Of a DNA stretch of 64,000 bases, positions 24,704-36,370 are shown in pieces. The position numbers and the translations under genes are program-made. Each line of letters opens with the position of its first letter. Position 1 is the stretch's first letter. This DNA is from Basidiobolus meristosporus CBS 931.73 (taxonomy: Eukaryota > Fungi > Basidiobolomycota). Below the pieces are notes generated by a model. It was not told the origin of the DNA and ran no database searches. It saw only the letters and a list, made by a program, of their open reading frames with translations. The stretch covers positions 62,001 through 126,000 of the forward strand of contig MCFE01000036.1 in the NCBI GenBank assembly GCA_002104905.1. Reading direction: 5' to 3'.

Positions 24704-25587
24704 TTACTCTTCATAATGCTCCAGACACATTTCTCTCAGTGGATGTCTTCTTGTATGAACATACTGTGCATTGATAAGTATCTTAACTACTTTACCTATT
24801 CTGCTGTTTTCTCCTATATATGACTTTCCTCTGTATTTACCTGCCAATATGATGAATCTCTTCAGATATCCAAATGTGTGCTCTACCCTTACTCTGAAAT
24901 GATTAAATATCTCATTGTAGAGCTTCTGCTTCCTGCTAAGCACACCATTCCTTGGCTTCCTATAAGCTGTAATACATCCTAATCTCTGACAATCCTCTCC
25001 TATATAGGCCAAGTCTGCCATATATTTCTCCCCTCTACTGAATTCAGGATGATTCTCTACCCAGAGTGCTTTATCATGCCTACTTCCAGCAAATGGCCCA
25101 CTAAACCAGATGATGTTACCCTCAATGTCAGACAGTGCTTGAAACTTCACACAGTGTGCCTTGTACTTGCCAGAATAAAAGTGCCTCTGCCCTCTAGAAG
25201 GTCTGTTAATCCTCACTGGGAAGGTATCCAAAATACTCCTGATATGGAACCTGTTGCTGAACACTCTTGGATCTGGAAGTTTATTGGAGCTTCTGAACCT
25301 AGTATTCCAAGCTTGCTCTAAGTCATTCATACCCTCTGCAAGGTGATTCTCCATTGCTGTCATCTGGGAATGAAAGCTTCTAGGACTTTTGTTGCCATGG
25401 ATGGTGGGATGAAACCTTGTAGGGCAATAGTTCTTGTATAGCAGAGAAGCTTAACAAGGGATCTCCTTGAGTAGATTGGGGTTGATGGTCCACAGTACTT
25501 GGAATAGATCTCCTCCAGTGTGTCAAAAGGAAATCCAGTGGTAGTGATGGGATTGATGAGAAAAGACCATTCAGATGAGTAAGTCAT
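24704..25587 (-). pseudogene. DDE_Tnp_4 transposase of copy 1, split by a 1-nt deletion
   Basis: ORFs 25360..25587 and 24704..25363 are one ORF in copy 4 (ctattacaag versus ctatacaag here). Catalytic motifs ILDTFP, ADLAY and RVEHTFG are intact. Confidence 0.88.
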
Positions 25588-26038
25588 ATTAAAATTGATG
25601 GATGATCGTATGGAGGCGTATTGAATCGATTCGGCGCGACCTGCGTTATTTATCTGATTTTTAACACATTATGGTTAAATCTCCATCAATTGCCATGTAT
25701 CCCATCATTATGTCGCAAAAATCATCCGCAAACAATGCCCTGGTACTTTTATTGATGCTTTAATCATAGGTCTATAATCAAATAGGAAATCTGCGATTGA
25801 TGTGATCTGATCCGTGTCAACGCGATTTGAGATGCATCATGCATAATATATGGAAAATTCAACAATACTTTAGTTTTCATATATATTTCATATAAGACCA
25901 GGTTGATGCCAATATACTGCTGTAAAAGTATCCAAATCCGTTGCTATGGTCCCCATACCAAGCCTCAACTCATCTTTAGTACAACCCAGACAAAACCCAT
26001 CCCCCAGCTCACAAGCGCGGTGAGGACCGGAAAAGTCG

Positions 26039-27187
26039 ATGTCGGATCCGTTTGAGTTCTTGCCAAATGACTTTAGTATGGCCCAAGTGTCTATGATGAG
26101 CCTTCATACAGATATTTGGGCACTACTGATTAATCTAGCAGAACTAGATACCTCAGAGAGTCAACAAAGATGGAAGAATTTGAGTAGAAAGCTGTGGCAT
26201 AAGTTCTACATCAAGATGCCAGCTGATGTATGTAAAAAGATATATAACAAGACAAGTATTGAAATCAAGAATGGGCTGAGAGTGAGGGGATTTGACAAGG
26301 AAGCCGCGCGGGAACAATTTCGTGCGCAATTTGCACAGTACAGGCCGGACGCGTCCGTTTGTGCCTCAACTTTGGGAACCAAAGAGATTTTGAATGAGTT
26401 TTTGCCTCAAATGACTAATGTACTACGTGATATATTAGTAGAGCTAAGTGGCTTCCGAGAGCAATATACACAGGACTCATCCAGGCAACAGCTCCAAAGT
26501 ATCAGACAGAGGGTAAGTGAATACCTTGAGGAATCAGATGGTGAGCTTCAGGAGGAATAATACAGACCGCGAGCAACATTGTCCAGATTGCACCAGCACG
26601 CCTCGCTGGATTCCCTACCATCTCTTGCAACCACAGCGCGCCGGCGCACGTCAGTCCAGACCACGCCAACACCCTTTACCAGAACGCCCCGTGTCAAGTC
26701 AACACGCGCGCTTCAGAGCAAAACTTCCAGAACTTGCCAAACTGCTCATTCAGACACAAGTCCATTGGAGCGGACCAAGTTGCATCAACATGCGGCATCA
26801 CATCGAACTCAGCCAAGGGCCATCTCAACGCGTCAAGGCGCGCCTGCGCATGCCGTTTTGCCTGACCATCAGCGAGTTACTTCTGGTGAACTGACTGATG
26901 ATGACCAACATGAAGTGACTCAACCACCGGAGCCCTTGGCAAGTAAAAGAACGCGTCAGCGCGTGGCACTACAGGCCGGTTCAGTTGGTTCAGTTGGTTC
27001 AGTCAGAGCGATTCAGCGCGGCCAAGCTGCAGCATTGCACTCATCAACTAGGAGGCAAAATACTGACTACGAATACACAAGTAGCCGAGATGATAGTCAG
27101 CCAGGAAGTAGTATAGGTGTGCAAAGTGAGTCACTACCAAATGCTTCAGTAGTAATCCCTGTGAGAAAAAAACCCAGGAGAAGATGA
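26039..27187 (+). pseudogene. Transposon ORF2 (about 382 aa, unknown function), one in-frame stop at 26558-26560
   Basis: ORFs 26039..26560 and 26579..27187 share a frame (offset 540 nt); the TAA is GAA or GAG in copies 2 and 3. Helical-looking N-terminus with QQRWKNLSRK, an acidic patch, an S/T/Q/R-rich tail and a C-terminal PVRKKPRRR. Confidence 0.8.
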
Positions 27188-27932
27188 TGCGATCGCTTTG
27201 AATTGCTCACATTCATAATGATCCCGACAACCCTTTTTTTTGCGATCCAAATCGAGCCATCGCAAATCAGTGATCATCAAATTTTTGATATAAGTAATAT
27301 CAAGGTTGTCTCACATTTGAGACAGAACCCCTATAAATAAACACCCTGCATATATATACGTCATCTGTAATACCAGTGCAGCTATTGGATCTGTTTTGCA
27401 CCTACATGATTGCTTGCGTGCTAGCTATGACACCTTGCCCAATCACTAGGATCAGGGATTTACTTGCTCAATGGGCAAAATGGGATATTTGATGGCGAAT
27501 CAGGTAGCTTTTTCAGTAGTCAATGAGCCAATTGGGGGCTGCCAGCTTCAGGATACTTTTGGACCAATTAACCACTGAGATACCATCCAATTGGAGTGAG
27601 GGTAACCAAAATGGTAAGTATCAGTGTAGTTTATAGTGTGATACACATTTATTTCCATTTACATTAAAGAAACATATCCAAATACCGGATTTTACCTGCC
27701 ATTATAGCGGTATCCGATTGCGCACGTGATGCAAGCTTTACAAGTTGGCGCAATCATCTGCGCCAACCTCATTGTGTCAGATTGTGCCATAGTGTGCAAG
27801 ATCGTCCTGCATGGTGCGAAATTGTCCAAGAACGATCCCGCCTTCTGGTAGCTATAATATTGCACCCGATCGTTCTTTGCAACCACGGATTGCGCTGCAC
27901 GCCCTGGCACGGTACAGTGGAACAAGTCTATT

Positions 27933-29729
27933 ATCAAAGCCACCGGTCTTAGCAGCTATAGACTACAGTGTTATTGATTCACAACCAATCATTGTATCAG
28001 TTGATAGCTCTGGAATTGGGGTTGGTAGAATCATGATTCAAGTTTCAAAAGATCATCATCAACAACCTTGCAAATATCTTAGTAGACTATTCAAAGGGAA
28101 TAAGCTTAACTATCTATCTATCAAGAAAGAAGCACCGGGAGTACTCTATGTACTCAACAAGCTAAAGCCATACTTATTAGGAGTACACTTCACACTGGAG
28201 GTTAATGCCAAGCCATTATTAGGAATGTTGAATAAGTTGGAGCTTTTGCCTGATCCTATTCTAGCACGGTGGATATCATACATCCAGATCTTGGACTTTA
28301 TGCTGCAACACATACCAGGAGCCAATCACAAAGGACCTGATGCCTTATCTAGAAAGCAACCAAATTCACCGTACTCAACTAATGATGATGAGATTGATGA
28401 GTTTCTTGAAAACACTAGTCTTGGATTCTCATTCAGACATATGATACAGAGCAATTATCAACAAATCAAGGAATTTCTTACATCACTCAAAGTTCCTGCT
28501 GATATTCCCACAAATCAACGCACAAATTTTAAAAGGAAGGCTCTGAAGTTTTTACTGCATGACGGCACACTTTTCAGAAAAAGCAAGCATGGAGTTCCTT
28601 GACGGTATATACATAACAAGCATGATCAAGAGAAGATCATTCAAGAATTGCATGAATATGAATCAGGAGGTCATAAGGGAATTACATCAACATATGCAAA
28701 AATCTCCTTACGGTATTTTTGGCCAACACTGTACACCAACACAAAAGAATATGTGAAATCATGTATTCCATGTCAAAGAAGAGACAAGCAAAAGATGCAT
28801 GAACCACTTCACAGTATATACACATCTTATGCTTGGCAAATTGCACATGTGGATATTATACATTTACCAAGGGCAACAGCTGGGTATAAGTATGTGGTGG
28901 ACTGTTGTGATAACCTTACTGGTTGGATAGAGGCTAGAATGCTGAAACAAGCCAATGTAAAAGCAGTAGCAAGATTTCTCAAAGAAGATGTATATCTCAG
29001 ACATGGTTCAGTTGGCACCCTTATTGCAGACAATGGAGAATGTGGATCTTATGAAATACAAGCACTGGCGACAAAGCATGGAACCAAGCTTATACATACT
29101 ACACCATATCACCCACAAGCAAATTCACCAGTTGAACGTGGACATTCTGCTTTTGCAAACACATTAGCTAAGCTTAGCTATGAAGAACCCAACAAATGGG
29201 CAAATAACTTTCATGCAGCAATTTGGTCTGATAGAGTCACGGTTAAAAGAAGTACAAAGTACACACCATTTTTTTAATATATGGACATGAAGCTGTTTTG
29301 CCAATAGACATATCTTTTGAGAATTGGCTTACCCTCCCATGGAGACCAACCATGACAACATCAGAGCTATTGCTAGCAAGAGTACAACAGATTCAACAAG
29401 CACACACTCTGCAACAGAATGCAATAGAAAACCTGAAGAAATCCAGAATGGCTGGCAAGGAGTACTTTGACGCTCAAAAATGCCTAAGAAAAACATTGTT
29501 AGAAGTAGGTGAGTTGATACTACTTCACAACACAAAAAGCCAAAGAAACAAGGCATCCAAGCTGGATATGCAATGGCAAGGTCCCTACAAGATCATACAT
29601 GCAAACAAAAATGGATCTTACAAACTAGCAGAACTTGATGGTACACCACTTGCACTGACACAACCTGGTAACAGATTGAAGAAGTTCCATATCAGAAGTA
29701 ATAATGAGGGCATTATTTCTCAAAGTTAG
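27933..29729 (+). pseudogene. Gypsy-C pol, RNase H and integrase (frameshifted)
   Basis: VDSSGIGVG, KKEA, RWISYIQ, PDALSR; GGHKG...SCIPCQ zinc finger, DCCDNLTGW, ADNGE, VERGH, WQGPYKI. Confidence 0.9.
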
Positions 29730-29737
29730 GGGAGACT

Positions 29738-30968
29738 TGTGGTAATGGAAAGTATTCCGTTACTACAATATCTCTAAACCAATATTGCACTCATTTCTTT
29801 ATTGTGCTTTTTGCTATTGTAACACACAAGTGAAAGATCAAGAATTTCCAACTTTGATGAACAAATGCTCCAGACCCTGACAAGCAATCCACCCAAGAAT
29901 ATTATGTCATACAGAACACGTAGTAGCCAACACATATTTCAAAATACGGCTCATTTGAAGCAGTACTTAAGGAGTTATGACCAAAAGAGTCCAACTATTA
30001 TATATACTATGCCTTATTGCTAGGATTACTATGGTGACTTTGATTGCGTGTAACTTTTGAACCAGCCAATCAAATCACGTGAAATATTCACAGGTGCTGC
30101 GCCTATGTCCGATCTGCGCCACTGCAAAATTTTAGCTTTGTATCACGTGTATTGCTTGCGCAATTGCCCAAAAACTTTGATCCTTCAAAATTTTCATATA
30201 TATAACTTCCCCAGCTGAAAAATAAAGAGAGAGCCTCTCTTTCCAGAATCTCCACACTACAATTACACGTTTAAAGGTTATAAGACTTCCCCTGCATCAC
30301 TTGCACTGTTGAGTATTCTGACTTTGATCGGTACTACATCAGTAAAGAGACTGCAAAGCCCACAAGAATCCAATCTAAGTTCCACAAGAAACTACCACTT
30401 TTCTGTCGGAAAAGTCCCCTCTAAGAAACCCCTTTACTCTAAAGACACCCCTTTAGTCTAAAGACCCCTTTAGAGACCCCTTTAAGAAACCCCTTTACTC
30501 TAAAGAAGCCCCTTTAGGCACCCCTTTAGTGTAAAGTCCACTTTAGAGACCACTACAAGAAGCCCCTTTACTCTAAAGACACCCCTTTAGACACCCCTTT
30601 AGGTCTAAAGACCCCTTTAGAGACTTCTACAACACACCCCTTTAGGTTAAAGGGGAGTTCAGAATTTCCATATTTGGAAATATTTTCTCAGAAACAAAAG
30701 TGACTTCCAAATAAGGAAAAGTTACTATAAGAGTAAATAAGCCCATTAGTCAACAGTAGGTCAGAACACTGCTGTAGAAGTGATAAACACTGCCTACAGT
30801 ATATTTTGAGCCCAAGATTGCGGAAATTAGTGAAAGTTATATCTTCTATCGGTATATCAAACTCCCAATAAACTATTTCAGTATTAGCATACTGGAAGTT
30901 GTTGTATATTGTTGATTAGCCTCTACATTGTAGAACAAGCCCCAAACTAATCATAATACACCACAACA
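29738..30968 (+). repeat. Gypsy-C 3' LTR
   Basis: Direct repeat of 20084-21314, followed by GATC. Confidence 0.95.
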
Positions 30969-30972
30969 GATC

Positions 30973-31728
30973 CCTTGTTAAGCTTCTCTGCTATTGAAAC
31001 AGCTATTGCCCTACAAGGTTTCATCCCATCATCCATGGCAACAAAAGTCCTAGAAGCTTTCATTCCCAGCTGACATCAATTGAGAACCACCTTGCTGAGG
31101 GTATGAGTGACTTAGAGCAAGTTTGGAATACTAGGTTCAGAAGCTCCAAGAGGCTTCCATATCCCAGTGTATTCAGCAACAAGTTCCATATCAGGAGTAT
31201 TTGGATACCTTCCCAGTCAGGACTAACACATCTTCTAGAGGGCAGAGGCACTTTTATTCTGGCAAATACAAGGCACACTGAGTGAAGTTTCAAGTGCTGT
31301 CTGACATTGAGGGTGACATTATCCGGTTTAGTTGGCCATTTGCTGGAAGTAGGCATGACAAAGCACTCTGGATGGAGAATCATCCAGAATTCAGTAGTGG
31401 GGAGAAATGTACGGCAGATTTGGCTTATATAGGAGAGGATTACCAGATATTAGGAAGCATTACAGCTCATAGGAAGCCAAGGAATGGAGTGCTTAACAGG
31501 AAGCAGAAGCTCTAAAACATGATATTTAATTGTTTCAGAGTGGGAGTAGAGCATACATTCAGATATCTAAAGAGGTTCAGCATATTTGCACGTATTCAAA
31601 GAGGAAAGTCATTTACAGAAGGAAGCAGCAGAATAGATCAAGTAGCTAAGATACTTATTAATGTACAGAATATTCATACCAGGAGACATCCACTGAGAGA
31701 AATGTGTCTGGAGCATTATGAGGAGTGA
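30973..31728 (+). pseudogene. Degenerate DDE_Tnp_4 transposase of Pangu copy 3
   Basis: ORF fragments 31103..31285, 31282..31515 and 31519..31728; continues the 5' part at 19980-20083. Confidence 0.85.
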
Positions 31729-31899
31729 ATAAAGCACAAAAAGCACTGTTCTAAGAAACATAAGTAAGATTGAGTAAAAATACTAGTCATTTTATCCTAG
31801 CACTGGCATAATGGTAGAAATTTGAGTGCCAGATTGATCCAGCACCATAAACAGGCTGCCACTATGTGGGATTATTCCACAGAACAAGACTATTGGTAA

Positions 31900-34057
31900 C
31901 TAGACAAGGTCTGGTCTTTTGAATCCAAGATGCTAAATGCAGCAGAACAAAACTACTCAGTGCATGACAGGGAGATGCTGTTGGAATTTAACAGCAATAT
32001 ATTGGAAGTGAATTGGAAAACTAGAAGATATCAAGGATATTCACATAAATATTCAGTTCTAAAACAGTATTTATACTTGTGGCATAACCAAGTGAATGCA
32101 GCAACTTGAACATTACTACGGGAGTTTCAGGTGCACATGTGCTAAGCTTTGGCTAATTTAGACAACTTTTGGATTTTTCTCAAGTTCTGTACTTAATTAA
32201 TTCCTGATAATGTGCAAGTATTTCACTAATCAATTTTAAGTTAATAATCTGAGATAACTCACTTAACTAGGTGCTAATTTGTAATATATCAATAACCCGG
32301 TAGACTTACAGTTATCACAGTAGAAGCTACAATGAGGGAGTCAAGTGTGCTGTAAAGACTGATCATGCCTCACTCAGGTAAAATTTTACTCAACAGGTAC
32401 ATAAAGAAGAGTGAAAATATGAAGTGAATGCACTCAGCAATTTGACTTACAGGTTGTCTATGGCTCTAGGAAAAACAACAGAGTTGCTGATGCCTTAGCA
32501 ACACTAAAACAAGTTGTACAACTCAACTTGGCTCATGAGTTGGGTTGACCCAGCTTGTTACCAAGGTACTTGTAGGGCCAAGTCATTCCTAATGAGGTGC
32601 ATAATGATTTCATAAGAATAATCTAGAATGAAGCCTGTCAACTTGCCCCTATGAAAAATCTCAAACTTGGAATTCATCCAATTTTTAGCTGGTATTCTGC
32701 TGGTTTTCTAGTAGTATTATGCTGGTATTCAGCTGGTGTTTTGGGTTGAAAATTGCAAATGCAATTTTTGATGGAAGTAATGGGCATCTGATTACCAAAT
32801 TTAGTATGGATGTTAGTTTGCCTAGTCTCCTACTGTCTAACTTGTTTGCTTGCCTGCCCATCTGCTAGGAACAGTGGTATTGAGAGTTGTTGCTTTTGAA
32901 AAACTTGAAATTCAGTTGATACTATGATAGTATCTTGCTGGCCTTTTCTCATTTATTTTAGGGTTGAGGAACAGAATCAAATGCTCTACCCAATTCAAGG
33001 AGCAAATTATCTGGCAAAGACCCTGGAGGCTTACCTAGTAATGCAGCAGATCAAACAACTGGAAACTCTAGCATATTACCTTAGTGCCAATGATGTCACT
33101 GATTGGGTCAATGGACAAATTTGAAAAATGCTAACCAAGTGTGCACATGGAGCTATCAGTAGATGGGATGAGTATTTAGACCAATCACTGCTGGCTTGCA
33201 TAGTTAGAGTGCACAACACTACCCAACAGTCACCATTTTATTTAGTGTATGGATGTGCACTAGGCATTCCAGAAGATATCACACATCCAAAGTTAACAGA
33301 CACCTTGGAGGATGAGCTCAGTCAGCAAAGTAGACACTAGTATATGAAACAAAGATGTCAAGAGGCACAGGCCAAAGTGCCTATAGTGCAGAAAAAATGC
33401 AGCAATTGGATCAGACTATATCACCAGAAGCATTGACAGTTAGGAACTCTGCATTGCTGAGAAGTAAGACTTAGAGTTTGAGCCACAATGGAGAGGGCCT
33501 TGTAAGATCATCAAAGAATATTCTCTTGTGACTCACCAAATGATGGACAAAGAGGGAGTATCCTGGAAGATTTAGGTCATAGAAGCAAGCTCAAGTGAAC
33601 AAGACTTACTGTCAATCCTAAACCTTGAAGAAATTGGTAACACAAGAAAGAGACCCAAGGGAACCCTGTCAGCTTTAGTATGGGAGGATATTATGATCTG
33701 CTGCCTGAATTCTTAAGATAGATCAGTCTTTGGTCAGATGAGTTAGCTTTGTGCTTAGTCTATAAGTAGCAACACATCATCTGTTAAATCAGTAGTGTTA
33801 GTCAGCAAATGAATCAGCAGATCATTATCAGATATAAATAAATATCTTAAGTAGGATGGCATTAGGTGATGATGATTCAAATAAATGAGTCATCAGCCAC
33901 AACCTATATTTTGAAGTGCAATTAGTCAGTACTTGATCTGTCATGATGTATATAAGGAACTGCTGGAACCGCAACTAAAATCAGTTCAAGTTTTTGTTTA
34001 TACAATACTAGCTATACCCTCTATTCCTATAGAACCCTTCTATTGGTACTTGTGATA
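31900..34057 (+). mobile_element. Degenerate Gypsy-D remnant with 3' LTR (33689-34057), interrupted by other fragments
   Basis: RNase H and integrase similarity to 62580-63960 (AKTLEAYL, RWDEYLDQ...RVHNTTQQSPF); LTR similar to 57085-57453; a CCCTATGAAAAA-headed fragment lies at about 32648-32990. Confidence 0.75.
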
Positions 34058-34149
34058 CATATACTGTGATGTGCAGTGCTAAAAGTGATTATAATTACAT
34101 GTAGAAAAATGTAAATCTACTCATACCACACTCTGGGTGGTAGGTCATC

Positions 34150-35800
34150 CCAAAGTTTGAATATTATAGTCTCCATGACATATAAGGGCTTTTAGACCAA
34201 TATACTAATCTGGCTCTTTGGTACCAATGTTTTGCTTCATATACCACTCAAATATCTACTTATACATCAATATAATGTGGATCTTAATTATTACAGGCAA
34301 TCAAGTTAGCCCTTGAAGGTCTCTCTGAGCTTTCAACAACATTTACCATGTATTGCTTTCTTGCATGTAGCAAATTCTTGTGCAGGAGTTATGGACACAG
34401 AGTATTGAATTGAATGATAAATAAAATATGTGGCTTACCCTCAAGGACCTACTGAACATAAAGTCAATGTTTATACCTTACATTGTGTTACCAAGCCCAT
34501 GTATAGTGAATGCAATGGAAGGCTCCAGTAACATATCTTAAAAGGTTAGCAGTACTTAGACAAGCTTGAGAAGTCTGATGTTATTGGTGCAAGAAACTGC
34601 TCCTTGTTATATCTAGAGTGATAAAACTCTTGAATGAGTTAACTGAACCTAAGTGACAACTAAGTGCAGAATCTGAGAATTGTCAAGGGTGACAGAAATA
34701 TTAGCAGAGAAGTTCTGGTCTAATATTGGTTTTGTATATAGTTGAGTTGGACTATAAAGGCAACAGAGTTGGTCTGCTATACAGGCTGGGTGTGGTATTC
34801 TTGGGAATGCTAGATATGCTAGGCTTGGGTGGAAACTACAACTATGACAAAGCAATGCTTTGTCTTGAAGAACTAAGACATATTGTAAAAAGTTATGTCA
34901 TATGACTTGTAGAGGAATGGGGAGTCTAGCAAGTATTGCATTCCTTAAGACATGAGCCATTTTTTATTGTGATTCCTGCAGCTCCTTATATATATTGCGC
35001 TAGATCAAGTGCTGACTAATTTTATTTCCTAATGTAGATTGTGATGGATTACTCATATAGTTGCATTACCAACACCCAATTAGGTTCAACATAATATATC
35101 TATTTCTCTCTGATAAAGATCTGTTGATTCATCTACTAAGTAGTACTACTGGTTTGGTTGACAATACTGATATACTTATAGGCTAATCATACAACTTCTT
35201 GACTTGACTGAAAGCTGATCTAACTCAAGCTTACAAGTAACATATCATAAAAATATGCGATCAAGCAGAAAAAAATGAAGTATATGCCTGATTTAGCTCA
35301 GAAAGTTACTCAGCAAGAAATGAGACACCACAGAAGCACAGAAAACCTGTTTGCAGTATTACTGCCCAAGTAAGTACATAATTATTTGTAGAATTGCTGA
35401 TTTGATTTTGTCAATAGGGGAGTAATCAAGGATCAAAAATCTGAAAGAAAGTGGCAGAGTTGGAACTATGACTAAGTCTACCAATCACTAAGAGTAGTCC
35501 AGATTATTAAGATCCAGCTGCCATATGATACCAAATAGTACATATTTCATCCAAGTGTTCACTGCCTATAGATCTTTGCAATATATTTGTGGTATAAAGG
35601 AGCAGCTCAGCAACTGGAAGAGTATCCTCAAAATAAATGCGCATTTGCAGGACAATATTGGACAGGAATTAAATGCAAGTGAATCTAGAAAAACATGAAT
35701 AAGTGATAGCTGAGGAGTTGAGGTGGCCAAACTGACTGACTTACTCTATGTGCAGGGAGTAGCAAAGAACTCACTATGAATATGTAAGGCAAATACTCAG
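34150..35800 (+). pseudogene. Highly decayed DUF6589-like DNA-transposon transposase remnant
   Basis: Ordered motifs across frames: ITGNQ (34290-34304), AFLHVA, TKPMY...HILKG, SAIQAG, GGNYNYDKAML, ADLTQ...HIIKI. An intron-like gtaagt...gctgat...aatag lies at about 35370-35417. The family match is from memory only. Confidence 0.4.
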
Positions 35801-36173
35801 AGATAGATATTAACTTGACCATGCTTAGCTGCTCAATATCAGGTGAGATTGGGCCAGAACTGGCTTAGAGTGTCAGTGGCTGTAAAAAAAACCAGCTACA
35901 ATGCATGATCATAATATCTCAGTATATCAGCATCTCTGAAACTGCTGAAATCAGCTATAAGATATAGCCCAGGAGGGTACAACATATTGGAGAGCATAAA
36001 AGGAATCACCACTTTCAAGGGGAATCTATACCCAATGCAGCCTGATATGGGTGAGCTACAGCCTGTTTGAAATCAAAGCAGACTATACTAGCTAAGAGAC
36101 CAGCTAGCATAAGTGAGCACTTGGATTATGAAAGTAATCACCAATTGAGCATGAAGAAGCATATTTTGTCATA

Positions 36174-36370
36174 CCCTATGAAAAATAATTTGGTCCCACA
36201 GTTGGCTCCAATCCAGATCAGCCATCAGGATCCCATTTAGGGACCACCATTATACTTGCAGTGTGGAATTAGTGACCCTCTCAACAATCCTATGATGGGA
36301 TCACAACAGTGTTTTGCTTAAGGTAGTGGACACTGTGTAGTATCTTGCTGATTCTTTCAAATTTGTCTGG
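36174..36370 (-). mobile_element. CACTA family right terminus, inverted
   Basis: ccctatgaaaaataatttggtcccacag... is the reverse complement of 50350-50496. Confidence 0.75.

Larger units (their letters stand above)
24521..27929 (-). mobile_element. Pangu-like PHIS DNA transposon, youngest copy 1 (3409 bp)
   Basis: 11-bp perfect TIR AGACTTGTTCC (25-bp imperfect), GTGCCA/TGGCAC subterminal repeats, TSD ATT (24518-24520, 27930-27932). Removal restores the Gypsy frame ...ESLSKPPVL. Confidence 0.95.
20084..30968 (+). mobile_element. Full-length Ty3/Gypsy element (family C) carrying a Pangu insertion
   Basis: Two 1231-bp LTRs (about 7 differences by eye), PBS tggtggagga 21321-21330, PPT agttaggggagact before 29738, 4-bp TSD GATC in the transposase gene of Pangu copy 3. 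Confidence 0.95.
13915..31891 (+). mobile_element. Pangu-like PHIS transposon, old host copy 3, split by three direct insertions (one of them further nested)
   Basis: Pieces 13915-14034, 17177-17913, 18981-20083 and 30973-31891 are colinear with the reverse complement of copy 1. The right end agaacaagact is followed by ATT. About 2.9 kb remains after removing the insertions. Confidence 0.85.

Noticed and set aside
25049-25321. 90-aa antisense ORF recurring in all transposase copies (11629, 16373, 25049; 107 aa at 31060)
   Set aside because: It lies wholly opposite the conserved catalytic region and has no recognisable motif; it is best explained as a shadow of the sense codons.
26513-26596. 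Conserved GTAAGT as an intron joining the two ORF2 halves
   Set aside because: The halves are already in frame and other copies have a sense codon at the stop, so splicing is not needed. It cannot be excluded without RNA data.
24518-27932. TA (Tc1/mariner-like) or TTA (Harbinger-like) TSD for the DDE_Tnp_4 element
   Set aside because: TA leaves the reconstructed empty site at copy 2 three bases too long. TTA needs asymmetric ends that would switch sides between the two oppositely oriented copies. ATT fits both.
11413-31728. Bacterial IS5-family insertion sequences or a prokaryotic origin for the window
   Set aside because: The context is eukaryotic (spliced gene, LTR retrotransposons), and DDE_Tnp_4 is shared with eukaryotic PHIS elements.
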